Below are positions 11,080 through 22,969 of a stretch of DNA of 64,000 bases, in pieces. Numbering within the stretch: the stretch's first letter is position 1; every line of letters starts with the position of its first letter. The notes below the pieces were generated by a model, which made no database searches, was not told the DNA's origin, and saw nothing but the letters and a program-made list of their open reading frames with translations. A program made the position numbers and the translations under genes. This DNA is from Mustelus asterias (taxonomy: Eukaryota), in NCBI RefSeq assembly GCF_964213995.1, contig NW_027590261.1:1-64000 (forward strand), read 5' to 3'.

Positions 11080-11191
11080 ATATGCCGCGATTTATATAAT
11101 TGTATAATTTAATATTGTAAAGTCACCGCTTCTCCTTCTGTCTTTACTGCTGAGGACAGCGGCCGAGTGACAGAATCTCAGTGACCCATAT
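11080..11191 (-). pseudogene. truncated TCR V relic, paralog of the 4735 V
   Basis: 11121-11197 aligns with 4971-5047 (tctccttctgtctt...tgaggacagc...gagtgacagaatctc...ctggaaaa). It reads MGH*DSVTRPLSSAVKTEGEAVTL and then breaks down. Confidence 0.75.
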
Positions 11192-11499
11192 CTGGAAAAA
11201 GGTTGTCTTTGGAGGAGGTGGACTCATAAGAAAATATTCACGTTCACTCAGTTTGGCACTCGACATTCTTTGTGTAGTGTAGCGGGTAACATCTGTATTT
11301 TATACACGACAGCGCCCAGTTCCAAACAGTCGAGTTAGCAAAATACTAACATGCTTCGTTTGTTCAACAATTTCGGGCTTTTACCAAGGATTTCTGAGCT
11401 GCTTTGGATACAAGCAAACCAGTTATATTTCGGTGAAAGCGCCGGTTGCGTAGGCTCATTGGTCTAGGGGCATGATTCTCGCTTTGGGCATTTGAGGTG

Positions 11500-14400
11500 A
11501 AACTGTGTGAGAGGTTGACTGGGACAGCCATCGTATTAGAGGGTTGGATGGAGCGAAATTTGTTGAGTGTATTCAGGAGGAATTTCTCATTCCCGACGAG
11601 AGGGGGCAAAACTTTACTTCCTCTTGGGAAATAATGTGTTGTTTCTGCATGATGTGGGAGCTGGTGGACCCCACTGTTGTTCCCAGTGAGCATGTCTGCA
11701 GTAAGTGTTGGTTGCTTGAGGTACTCCGGCTCAGGGTTGATGAGCTGGAGTCTGAGCTTCAGACACTGCGACATATCAGGGAGGGGGAGAGTTACCTGGA
11801 CGCTGTGTTTCAGGAAGCAGTCACACCCCTTAGACTAACTAATTCAGCCGGGGGTCAGGGACAAGAGGGTGTGGCTGCGAGCGAGGCAGGAAGTGGGATC
11901 CAGAAGGTAGAGTTGCAAGAGCCTCAGTCCCTGAATCTGTGCAACACGTTTGAGATTCTTGCTCCCAGTGTGGACGGGAATGGGGACTGCAAGGAGGACG
12001 AGCAAACTGCCCACGGCACCATGGTACAGGGAGCCGTTCAGGTGGAAGAAGAAAAAAGAAATGTAGTGGTAATTGGGGATAGTGTAGTTAGGGGTATTGA
12101 CACTGTTCTTTGTGACCAAGATCGAGAATACCAAAGGTTGTGTTGCCTGCCTGGTGCTTGGGTCCAGGATATCTCATCTGGGCTGCAGAGGAACTTGGAG
12201 TGGGAGGGTAAGAATCCAGTTGTAGTGGTCCACGTAGGTGCCAACGACATAGGCAGAACAGGAACAGTGGTTCTGCAGAGGGAGTATGAAAAGCTAGGAG
12301 CCAAATTAAAAAGCAGAACCAACAAGGTGGTAATCTCTGGATTACTACCTGAGTCACAAGCGAATTGGCGTAGGGTCAATAAGATTAAGGAGGTAAATGG
12401 GTGGCTCAAAGATTGGTGTGGGAGGAATGGGTTTGAATTCATGGGATATTGGCACCAGTATTGGGGAAGATGGGACCTGTTCAGATGGGATGGTCTTCGT
12501 CTGAATCGTGCTGGGACCAGAGTCCTGGCGAATCGTATAACCAGGGCTGTAAATAGGGCTTTAAACTGAATAGTGAGGTGGGGGGGGGGGGGTGAGGGAG
12601 GGAGGGTTCAGGGGCATGGGGAATTACAAAATCAAAGGTAAAGGAGAGGGTATGAGTGCAGGTTAATGATGAGGACATTCACCGAGTTAAAGGAGTCAAG
12701 GGCTCAGGCAGAGTAAAAAAGGTGACAAACACAAGAAGAGAGGTGGTTAACACAGTGCAAGGAGATGGTCTGGGGAAGGATAACCAGTTTGAGACAGGTA
12801 GGGACAGAGCGTGCAATCAGAAGAATGCACTAACAAATCAGGTCCATATAAAGGCTAGCATAAAGACACTTTACCTGAATGCACGTAGCATTCGAAACAA
12901 AGTGAATGAGTTGATGGCACAAATCAGTACAAATGGGTATGATCTAGTGGTCATTACAGAAACGTGGTTGCAGGGTGACCAGGACTGGGAACTGAATATC
13001 CAGGGGTATCAGACATTTCGGAAGGATAGACAGGAAGGAAAAGGAGGTGGGGTAGCTCTGTTAATTAAAGATAACATCAGGGCGGTAGTGAGAGACGATA
13101 TAGGCTCTAAGGAGCAGAATGTGGAATCGTTGTGGATGGAGATAAGGAATAGTAAGGGGAGAAAGTCACCGGTGGGCGTGGTCTATAGGCCCCCAAATAA
13201 TAACTTTGAGGTGGGTCGGGCTATAAACAAGCAAATAATGGGTGCGTGCAAAAACGGAACAGCAATAATCATGGGGGATTTTAACCTGCATATTGATTGG
13301 TTGACTCAAGTCGGACACGGTGGACTTGAGGAAGAGTTCTTAGAATGCTGTCGGGATCGTTTCCTCGAACAGTATGTTACAGAACCTACGAGGGAGCAAG
13401 CTATCTTGGATCTGGTCCTGTGTAATGAGACAGGTAAAATTAATGATCTTCTTGTGAGGGATCTTCTTGGAATGAGTGATCACAATATGGTTGAATTTCT
13501 AATACAAATGGAGGGAGAGAAAATAGGGTCCCAAACCAGTGTCCTCTGCTTGAACACAGGGGAGTACAATAGGATGAGGGCAGAATTGGCTAATGTAGAC
13601 TGGGAGTGCAGACTAGTTGGTAGGACAGCTGAGCAACAGTGGTGGATTTTTAAGGAGATTTTTCTCAGTACTCAGCAAAAATATATTCCTGTGATAAAGG
13701 GGAAATATGAATACATAAGGCAGCTAATTAGAGGAGTAAATTGGAAGGAGGGATTCTCGGGGAAATCTACTGAAGAGAGGTGGCAGTTTTTCAAGGAATG
13801 TCTGTCTAGGGTTCTACAGGACAATGTTCCGAGCAGGCAGGGAGGAGTTGGTAGGTTAAAGGAACCGTGGTGCACGAAAGCTGTGTGGGACCTAGTCGAG
13901 AAGAAAGGAAGTGTATAAAAGGCTTAGAGAGCTTGGCGAAGATAGGGATTTAGAAGAGTATAGGGCTTGTAGGAAGGGACTAAAGAAGGAAATTTGGAGA
14001 GCCAGAAGGGGTCACGAGAAAGCCTTGGCAAGTAGAATTAAGGAAAACCCTAAGGCGCTTTATAAATATGTGAAGAGTAAAAGGATGAGACATGAAGGAA
14101 TAGGGCCTATAAAAGGTGAAGGCGGGAAAGTCTGTACGAAACCAGTAGAAATGGCAGAGGTGCTTAATGAGTATTTTGCCTCGGTTTTCACAGAGGAGAA
14201 GGACATGGGTGGATGTACTGTGGGCTTGCGGTGGATTGAAAAGATTGAGTATGTGGACTTTAACAAAGAGGTTGGAATCTTTGAATGGCATCAAGATAGA
14301 TAAGTCGCTGGGTCTGGATGGGATGTACCCCAGGTTACTGTGGGAGGCAAGGGAAGAGATTGCAGAGCCTCTGGCGATGATCTTTGCGTCGTCGATGGAG

Positions 14401-16567
14401 ACGGGAGAGGTTCCGGAGGATTGCGGATGTGGTTCCTATTTTCAAGAAGGGGAATAGGGATAGCCCAGGAAATTACTGACCGGTGAGTCTAACCTCAGTG
14501 GTTGGTAAGCTGATGGAGAAGATCCTGAGGGACAAGATTTATGAGCATTTAGAGAGGTTTAGTATGCTCAAGAATACTCAGCATGGCTTTGTCACAGGCA
14601 GATCGTGCCTTACAAGCCTGGTGGAATTCTTTGAAAATGTGACTAAACACATTGACGAAGGGAAAGCGGTAGGTGTGGTTTACATGGATTTTAGCAAGGC
14701 GTTCGATAAGGTCCCCCATGCAAGGCTTCTCGAAAAAGTGAGAGGGCATGGGATCCAAGGGGCTGCTGCCCTGTGGATCCAGAACTGGCTTACCTAAAGG
14801 AGGCAGAGAGTGTGTATTGATGGGTCTTTTTCTAAATGGAGATCGGTCACCAGTGGTGTGCCCCAGGGATCTGTTCTGGGACCCTTGCTGTTTGTCATTT
14901 TCATAAATGACCTGGATGAGGAAATGGAGGGATGGGTTGGTAAGTTTGCCGACGACACGAAGGTTGGTGGGGTTGTGGATAGTCTGGAGGGATGTCAGAA
15001 GTTACAGAGGGACATAGATAGGATGCAAGTCTGGGCGAAGAAGTGGCAGATGGACTTCAACCCAGATAAATGCGTAGTGGTCCATTTTGGCAGGTCAAAT
15101 GGGATGAAGGAGTACAATATAAAGGGAAAGACTCTTAGTACTGTCGAGGATCAGAAGGACCTTGGGGTTCGGGTCCATAGGGCTCTAAAATCGGCCCCAC
15201 AGGTGGAGGAGGTGGTTAAGAAGGCGTATGGTGTGCTGGCCTTTATCAATCGAGGGATTGAGTTTAGGAGTCCGGGGATAATGATGCAGATATAGAAGAC
15301 CCTCGTCAGACCCCACTTGGAGTACTGTGCTCAGTTCTGGTCGCCTCATTACAGGAAGGATGTGGAAAAGATTGAAAGGGTGCAGAGGCGATTTACAGGG
15401 ATGTTGCCTGGATTGAGTGGCATGCCTTATGAGGATAGGCTGAGGGAGCTCGGTCTTTTCTCATTGGAGAGACGTAGGATGAGGGGAGACCTAATAGAGG
15501 TATATAAGATGTTGAGAGGCATAGATCGGGTGGACTCTCAGAGGCTTTTTCCCAGGGTGGAAATGGCTGCTACGAGAGGACACAGGTTTAAGGTGCTGGG
15601 GTGTAGGTGCAGGGGAGATGTTAGGGGGGAGTTTATCACATGGAGGGTGGTGGGCGAATGGAATTGGCTGCCGTCAGTGGTGGTGGAGACAAAGTCAGTA
15701 GGGTCTTTTAAGAGACTCCTGGATGAGTACATGGAGCTTAATAGGATGGAGGGTTATAGGTAGGTCTAAAAGGTAGGGATATGTTCGGCACAACTTGTGG
15801 GGCCGAAGGGCCTGTTTTGTGCTGTAGTTTTCTATGTTTCTATGTTAGAGAAGGAATGTAAGAAAAGGGATAACCAGCTGTGGATAACTAAGGAAATAAA
15901 GGAGAGTATTAAATTAAAAACCGATGCGTACAGAGTGGGCAAAACTAGTGGGGGATTAGAAGGTTGGGAAAGCTTTAAAAAACAACAAAGAATTACTAAG
16001 AAAGCGATAAAGAAAGGAAAGATAGATTATGAAACTAAACTAGCACAAAATATAAAAACTGATAGCAAACGTTTTTACAAATGTATAAAAAGGAAAAGAG
16101 TAGCTAAAGTAAATGTTGGACCCTTAAAAAGACGAGAAGGAGGATTTAATAATGGGAAACAAGGAAATGGCCAAGGCCTTAAACAAGTTCTTTGTGTCGG
16201 TCTTCACGGTAGAGGACACAAATAGCTTACTGAAAATTGACGGTTGTGGGACTATAGGGGGTGAGGTCCTTAAAACGATTACTATTACTAAAGAGGTAGT
16301 GCTTGGTTGGCTAATGGGACTAAAGGTAGACAAGTCCCCGGGCCCGGATGGAATGCATCCCAGGGTCCTGATAGAAATGGCAGAAGTAAAACAGATGCAT
16401 TGGTTGTAATTTATCAAAATTCGCTGGACTCTGGGGAAGTGCCGGCTGATTGGAAAACAGCTAATGTGATGCCACTGTTTAAAAAAGGAGGTAGACAAAA
16501 AGCGGGTAACTACAGCCCGGTTAGCTTAACGTCCGTAGTTGGGAAATTGCTGGAATCCATCATTAAA
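11500..16567 (+). mobile_element. CR1-group LINE: ORF1 (zinc finger/leucine zipper + SGNH esterase) and ORF2 (APE endonuclease, start of RT), interrupted by a nested LINE
   Basis: ORF 11544-12569 has CCFC...HVCSKC, VVVIGDSVVR, VHVGANDI and DGL. ORF 12656- has YLNARS, ITETW, GDFN and SDH. Host sequence QQKYIPVIK resumes as KECKKRDNQLWITKE at ~15847. Confidence 0.9.
13700..15846 (+). mobile_element. 5'-truncated CR1 LINE of a different subfamily, nested in the host ORF2
   Basis: RT motifs DFSKAFDKV, GVPQGSVLGP and FADD with frameshifts; tail ttctatgtttctatgtt. The same tail occurs at 32765-32997. Confidence 0.88.
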
Positions 16568-17525
16568 CATTTCTAAAACAAAAAGGTAAAAGTTATGGTC
16601 AATTGAGCCAGGATTTTATTCTGGGACCTTCCTGTCCAGAAGTCCAGAAGTAACATCAGCTGAGATTGTAACTTAGCAGCAGAAACCCATCTTCTGTTCT
16701 ATTCCCCCAATTCCCACAAAATAGTTTTTAGGTTTGGGTGAGTTTGTATAAAATTGACAACGGTGGAGATTCAAGACACTTAACAAGTGAATAAAGGCAA
16801 AATATTCCACAGATTCTGCACAAACAAAATAAACTTTACTATACACAATGATAAAGGGAAAACAAGTTACAATATGTGGAAGGTAAAACATTCAAGGACT
16901 TTAGAGAGGAAAGGGAGATGGGATGGTAGTTCACAAGGGCATGGGTCAAAGATATTTTATTGAGAAGTGGGTGATGATATCGGATTTGAAGGAGAGGAAG
17001 ATATTGACAATATCAGCTGATATGGAGAAGTTGTGCTGTCAGTAGCTCAGTGGGAATAGGATTGAGGGATCAAGAGATGGGTCTCATGGGCAAGATGAGC
17101 TCTAAGAGGACATGAGGGGAGGCAGGAGAGAAACTGCAGAAAGATGAGAGTTCAGAGCTCAGATAAAGGGCAGCGTTAGAGGAGGTTTGTTCCAGTGGGT
17201 TAGGGGAAGGAGGGAAGCAGTAGAGGCAGCTGATTGGATTGTCTCAAACTTAGTGACAAAGAAGATTGTGGGTTTCATTCCCAATGAGCACTTGCGGGGA
17301 AGTGAAGCTGGAAGAGGGACAAAGGGAGAGCAACTCAAAAGGAATTCAGTTGTGCTGATGATGTTAAAAAGATTCACAGTACTGAACACAAAGGTAATTT
17401 ATTTGACTTTTATTCAGAATATTAAACCGTATAACTGGCTGGAGTTCATTAACATCAACAAAAACAAACGCAATGAACATATTACAGTCCTGGATAGGAT
17501 TAGCAGCAGATTCCAATCACTGTGG

Positions 17526-18731
17526 TTACTCGTGAATTCTTTGGTGCCTAAGCAGGTAGGATGACCGAGTGAATCTCTTCCCACTTTCAGAGCAGGTGAA
17601 TGGCCTCTCCCCAGTGTGAGCTCGCTTGTGTCTCAGTAGGGTGGAGGACTGAATGAATCCCTTCCCACATTCAGAGCAGGTGAATGGCTTTTCCCCAGTG
17701 TGGGTGCGCTGGTGTAGAATGAGATCATATGATCGCTTGAACCCAGTCCCACAGTGAGAGCACCTGAACGGTCTCTCATCAGTGTGAACACGTTGATGGG
17801 AAGTCAGTTCACCAGAACTTTTATAGCACTTCTCACAGTCAGAGCATTTAAAAGGTCTCTCCCCGGTGTGAACTCGCTGGTGTGTCAATAGGTGGGATGA
17901 CCGAGTGAATCCCTTCCCACAGCAGGAGCAGGTGAATGGCCTCTCCCCAGTGTGAATTCGCTGGTGTTGCAGCAGGCGGGATGACCGAGTGAATCCCTTT
18001 CCACACTTGGAGCAGGTGAATGGCCTTTCCCCAGTGTGGATGCGCTGGTGTGGAATGAGGTCATATGATCGCTTGAACCCAGTCCCACAGTGAGAGCACC
18101 TGAACGGTCTCTCATCAGTGTGAACACGTTGATGGGACATCAGTTCATCAGCACTTTTATAGCACTTCCCACAGTCAGAGCATTTAAAAGGTCTCTCCCC
18201 AGTGTGAACTCGCTGGTGTGTCATCAGTTGGGATGACCGAGTGAATCCCTTTCCACACTCGGAGCAGGTGAATGGTCTCTCCCCAGTGTGAATTCGCTGG
18301 TGTACAGTGAGGTTATGTGAATGCTGGAACCCAATCCCACAGTGAGAGCACCTGAATGGTCTCTCATCAGTGTGAACACGTTGATGGGACATCAGTTCCC
18401 AAGAACTTTTGAAGCACTTCCCACAGTCTGAGCATTTAAAAGGTCTCTCATCAGTGTGAACTCGCTGATGAGTAAGTAGGTGGGATGACTGAGTGAAACC
18501 CTTCCCACACTCAGAGCAGGTGAACGGTCTCTCCCCAGTGTGACTGCGTTGATGAGTTTCCAGCTGGGATGGGTAATTAAATTCCTTCCCACAGTCCACA
18601 CATTTCCACAGTTTTTCCAAGGAGTGGCTGCACTTACGTTTTGACAGGCCAGAGGATCGGCTGAAGCCTCGTCTACACACAGAACCCGTGTACAGTTTCT
18701 CTCCACTGTGAATCGTGCTTTTTCCTTCCAT
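17526..18731 (-). CDS. C2H2 zinc-finger protein ZNF-1 (401 aa; 12 intact + 2 degenerate fingers, no KRAB/SCAN/BTB)
   Basis: Repeated CxxC-x12-HxxxH with TGERP/TDERP linkers. ATG at 18731; acceptor ttcacag with exon start 18835; AATAAA in the 3' UTR near 17400-17415. Confidence 0.92.
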   Translation of the reverse strand: MEGKSTIHSGEKLYTGSVCRRGFSRSSGLSKRKCSHSLEKLWKCVDCGKEFNYPSQLETHQRSHTGERPFTCSECGKGFTQSSHLLTHQRVHTDERPFKCSDCGKCFKSSWELMSHQRVHTDERPFRCSHCGIGFQHSHNLTVHQRIHTGERPFTCSECGKGFTRSSQLMTHQRVHTGERPFKCSDCGKCYKSADELMSHQRVHTDERPFRCSHCGTGFKRSYDLIPHQRIHTGERPFTCSKCGKGFTRSSRLLQHQRIHTGERPFTCSCCGKGFTRSSHLLTHQRVHTGERPFKCSDCEKCYKSSGELTSHQRVHTDERPFRCSHCGTGFKRSYDLILHQRTHTGEKPFTCSECGKGFIQSSTLLRHKRAHTGERPFTCSESGKRFTRSSYLLRHQRIHE

Positions 18732-19059
18732 GTTCCAAATCCACTGATATTCAGTTATGATAAATTAGATGACTCTGGCAGTTCCTGATATATTTACTTT
18801 CAGTTTCCTGACTGCAAATCGTCCCCTTCTAGTCCCTGTGAAACTGATTTAAAACAGAAAAAGAGGGATTCAGAGAAAACCCATAGAGACAGGTGATGAA
18901 TAGAGTCCAGACCAAAGCAACAATTTTTTAAAAAACACGCAGGAGGCCAGGAAATGAGGATCGTCGAGATATTCAGCAGACTAGGCAGCCTGTGAGAGCT
19001 ACAAACATTATTGAGGGCTCAGATTGCTGACTTGCCCTCAGTCTATAATGAAACATCTA

Positions 19060-19110
19060 GAGTCACGCACTGACTAATGGCGGTCATATTTCCCACAATG
19101 CTCTGCGCCC
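19060..19110. promoter_or_regulatory. candidate ZNF-1 promoter: ZNF143/Staf-type site and YY1-like AATGGCGG
   Basis: TTCCCACAATGCTCTGCG (19090-19107) and AATGGCGG (19076-19083). Confidence 0.45.
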
Positions 19111-19154
19111 CAGAAACCCCTCTATTCAAAAGTTGCTCACCGTAATTCACTAAT

Positions 19155-19960
19155 CATAGAATCCTTACAGTGCAGAAAGAGGCCATTTTACCCATCGAGT
19201 CTGTACTGACTCTGAGAGCATCTTTCCCAGGCTCACCTCCTATCCCAGTAACCCCACGCATTTACTCTGCTAATCCCCATCCTGACCTTTTTCTTCACCC
19301 TGCCTGCAACAACAACAATATATTCTGTACCCGACTCTGTTCCTTTCCCCCATGTACTTTATCAAGTTATGGGGTTTTTTTTCTGTATAACACGCAAGAA
19401 ATAATTTTCACTGTATCCCAGAACATGCAGCAATAATAAATCAAATTAGACCCTACACATCTTGGGACGCTAAGGGACAAATTTAACATGGTCAATTCAC
19501 CGAACCTGCACATCTTTGGGCAGTGAGAGGGAACCAGAGCACCCAGAGGAAATGCACACAGACAGGGGGAGATTGTGCAAACTCCACACCTGAGGTGGCG
19601 ATGTTGGACTGGGGTGGGCACAGTAAGAAGTCTCACAACACCAGGTTATTTGGAACCACGAGCTTTTGGAGTGCTGATGAAGGAGCAGCTTTGACAAACG
19701 GTCACCTGGACTCAAAATGTCAGTTCTTTTCTCTCTTTACAGATGCTGCCAGACCTGCTGAGATTTTCCAGCATTTTCTCTTTTGGTTTCAGATTCCAGC
19801 ATCCGCAGTAATTTGCATTGATTCCAAATAACTTATTGGACTTTAACCTGATATTGTGAGACTTCTAACTGTGCAAACTCCACACAGACAGTCACACACC
19901 CACGGCTGGAGTCGAACCCAGACTCAGTGAGGCAGCAGTGCGAACCACTGTGCCACAGTG
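19155..19960 (-). mobile_element. HE1-like SINE split by insertions, including a Penelope-derived inverted-terminus element (19593-19873)
   Basis: SINE pieces at ~19155-19280, 19450-19590 and 19870-19960. The insert is bounded by the inverted pair agaagtctcacaacaccagg / cctgatattgtgagacttct, matching the Penelope terminus at 34610-34680. Confidence 0.7.
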
Positions 19961-20574
19961 AAGGTAGTTTGCCGCAAATTTCGGGTGATAACAATGGGCT
20001 GGGTGTTGCTCAGAATGTGGAGCACTGCAGCAAAGTACAGAGAGACAGAGACAGAGCAGCAGACTGGACTGAGAAATGGAGTCTGCAGACTGGAACTGGC
20101 AGCATGAGGAGAGGTTATTTAGTCTAACACTCACAGCAATCTACAACCCACCCCCATTACCGAGACAGTGAGACAGAGATTACAAACACTCACCAACACA
20201 GCTCCATTGAAACGTCCCAGGAAAAAGAGGGAATCCGTGGCAGTTCCTGTCCTGAAATAGCCCCAGGACTGTCACTCAAACCCCCAACCCGGCCCAGTTC
20301 ACAGCTCAGCCTCTCAGCTTGCAGCCTCCTGCACCTCGAGCCAACCCTGTCCAGGTGTGGGAGGGATGTGGAACCACAGAGTGGGGGGAGGGGTGACCTC
20401 CTGCTGTGCCCCAAATAGTTTCTCCTTCCCCTCCCCCTTGGCTCTCTAAGGTCTGAATGTGGATGTGTTGATGGACATTGCAGAGCCTCACTGAGCTTAT
20501 CCTGGGTCACCCCCTCCCCCTGGGTTCAGTGTGTTCAGTTCGCTGCTTCTTTCCCTGCTGAACCTTCAGTTAAT

Positions 20575-22420
20575 CAAAAGCAGAAAGTGCTGGAAAACCT
20601 CAGCAGGTCTGACAGCATCTGTGATCATCCAGACTGGAAGCATTAACTCCATTCTCTCTCCACAGATGCTGTCAGACCTGCTGAGATTTTCCAGCATTTT
20701 CTGTTTCTGTTTCAGATTCCAGCACCCGCAGTATTTTGCTTTTATCTTCATTTAAACAAGCATTCTTTGATGGTCTTTACCCCCATTGCTCCTTTCCAGA
20801 GCTTCCCATCTTCTGCTATTGTCCCTGACTCCCACATTAACCCTGTTATTCCTCCCCTTTACCCCGCTCACCCTGTCTAAACTCAGGCTCAGAGTTTTAC
20901 CGCCATCTCCCCCTCCCCCAGCCTCCACATCCCAACACCCGGAATCTCTAACCCAGCGGTTCCAGTTTATCTGGTTTGAGTTCAGATTTGCCGCAGCACC
21001 GACAGGATTTCACTTCAAACCAGCCGGAACTGACTGCTCACAAATCCCAAAATGTTTCTCCAGCAGCCCGGGCTTGTTAATGTTGTTTAAAGTCAGCGCC
21101 CAAATGCAGTTACTCTCCTCAGTTTAAAAAACTTCTCCATTTAATCTAAGGTATTATTCGCGCCAGACACAAATCTACAACAGTGAACATTATCCCCCAC
21201 CCTGACCCGAGCTGGAGTGTCCCGAGGAAGAGACATCTGTTCCGGGTGTGACAATTCTTACACATTCTCTGTGACATAAAACAGAAAACGCTGGAAATAC
21301 TCATGAATGAAAGCAAATTGTTGCTTTTGTCAAGAGAGTCATAGAAACCCTCCAGGTCAGAAGGAGGCCATTCGGCCCATCGAGTCTGCACCGACCACAA
21401 TCCCACCCAGGCCCTACCCCCACATATTTACCCGCTAATCCCTCTAACCTATGCATTTTAGGATTCTAAGGGGCAATTTTTAACCTGGCCAATCAACCTA
21501 ACCCACACATCTTTGGATTGTGGGAGGAAACCGGAGCACCCGGAGGGGACCCACGCAGACACGAGGAGAATGTGCAAACTCCACACAGACAGTGACCCGA
21601 GCCGGGAATCGAACCCGGGACCCTGGAGCTGTGAAGCAGCAGTGCTAACCACTGCGCTACCGTGCCGCCCTGGACTCGAAACGGCAGCTCTTTCATCTAT
21701 TTACCGATGCTGCCAGACCTGCTGAGTTTTTCCAGCATTTTCTCTTTTGGCTGGAAACACTCAACAAGTCAGGCAGCCTCTGTGGAGAGAGAAACAGACT
21801 GACTGTGACCTGTCATCGAACTGGGAAATATATTTCCCGCAACTGAAAGAGGTATCTTACAACCTTCGGAACAAAATTGAGTTCAACAATTTTACACCAC
21901 ATTCTCTGCCCCCTTTGCGTTCTGTGTTTCGTTGTTGCTTTCTTCGCCTTTTGTTTTATTTACTTCGTATTCAGACTGCTGCTGTTCACACCTCATCCAG
22001 AACATCTTTTGTGACTTTACTTGTCCCATTACCACTCGCTTTGGTATTGAGCCGTGAATCATTTTGTCAGTTTGCAGACCTTTCATTTTGTTCTTCTCCA
22101 TCTCCCTCTCTCCCTCCTTCACAGGCCTGGCTTTCTCTGTGTGGCACTGGAGAGCGAGCTGGACTTGAGATGTTTGAGACAGAGAGATTGAAATGTTTTT
22201 TTCTCTCAGAGGGTCTTTGGTTTCTCTTCCCCAGAGAGCAGTGAAGACAGAGTCATTGAATGTTTTTAAGACTGAGTAAATGGATAAAAGCAAATTACTG
22301 CGGATGCTGGAATCTGAAACCAAAAGAGAAAATGCTGGAAAATCTCAGCAGGTCTGGCAGCATCTATAAAGTGAGAAAAGAGTGGACGTTTCAACTCCAG
22401 ATGACCCTTTGTCAAAGCTA
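20575..22420. repeat. dispersed short repeats of the 'agatgctgccagacctgctgag' type, probably Penelope-derived (~20575-20750, 21670-21830, 22280-22420; also 24440-24570)
   Basis: Shared motif cagatgctgccagacctgctgagattttccagcattttctc in both orientations, some preceded by decayed hammerhead-like cores. Confidence 0.55.
21340..21670 (-). mobile_element. young HE1-like SINE, tail type B
   Basis: Near-identical reverse complement of the copies at 36874 and 50803. Confidence 0.9.
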
Positions 22421-22969
22421 AAAGGCATAGAAAGTGGGAGATATTTATACTGCAGGGTGAGGGAATGAAAAATGAGTCACAGCCACAGAAACTCGGGTAA
22501 AGAGCTGCTAATGGCAGTCCATCGAGAGAATAAAGGGTGTGAATGGCCAACGGCAGAGAAGCTGAAATCAACTGTGACAGATGAAGATGTGGGGGGAGGG
22601 GGAGAGGGAATGGGAAGGAGAGAGGTAAAATGGGAAAAGGGGGGAAGGGAAATAAAAGGGGGAGAAAAGGTAAGGAAAGGATGGAGGTAGACAGGAAAGT
22701 GGAGTTGTGGTCGCAATCAGATCAGCCAGGATCTTATCAAATGCTGGAGCAGAGGGGCCACTGCTGCTCCGGATTCATGTGGGTGTTTGACTGTATGTTT
22801 CACTCTGTTTCTGCCTCCACAGAAGCTGCCGGGTCTGTTCACTATTTGGGGCTTTGACTATTTTTATTTCAGATTTGAAACATCTGCAGGATATTCTGTC
22901 CATGCAAACCCAACACATCTTTCATTGTTTAATGCAGAGCAGTGTGTGTGCACGGTGCTCCCTGTCAAC

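Noticed and set aside
9415-11098. 17-bp inverted match tatataaatcgcggcat (9415-9431 and 11082-11098) as transposon TIRs or inversion breakpoints
   Set aside because: Both copies fall inside oppositely oriented V relics and read YKSRH in a CDR2-like position, so shared V ancestry is the simpler explanation.
11544-12569. SGNH esterase as a host metabolic gene
   Set aside because: It sits directly upstream of an APE-RT ORF2 and is the known esterase-type ORF1 of CR1-group LINEs.
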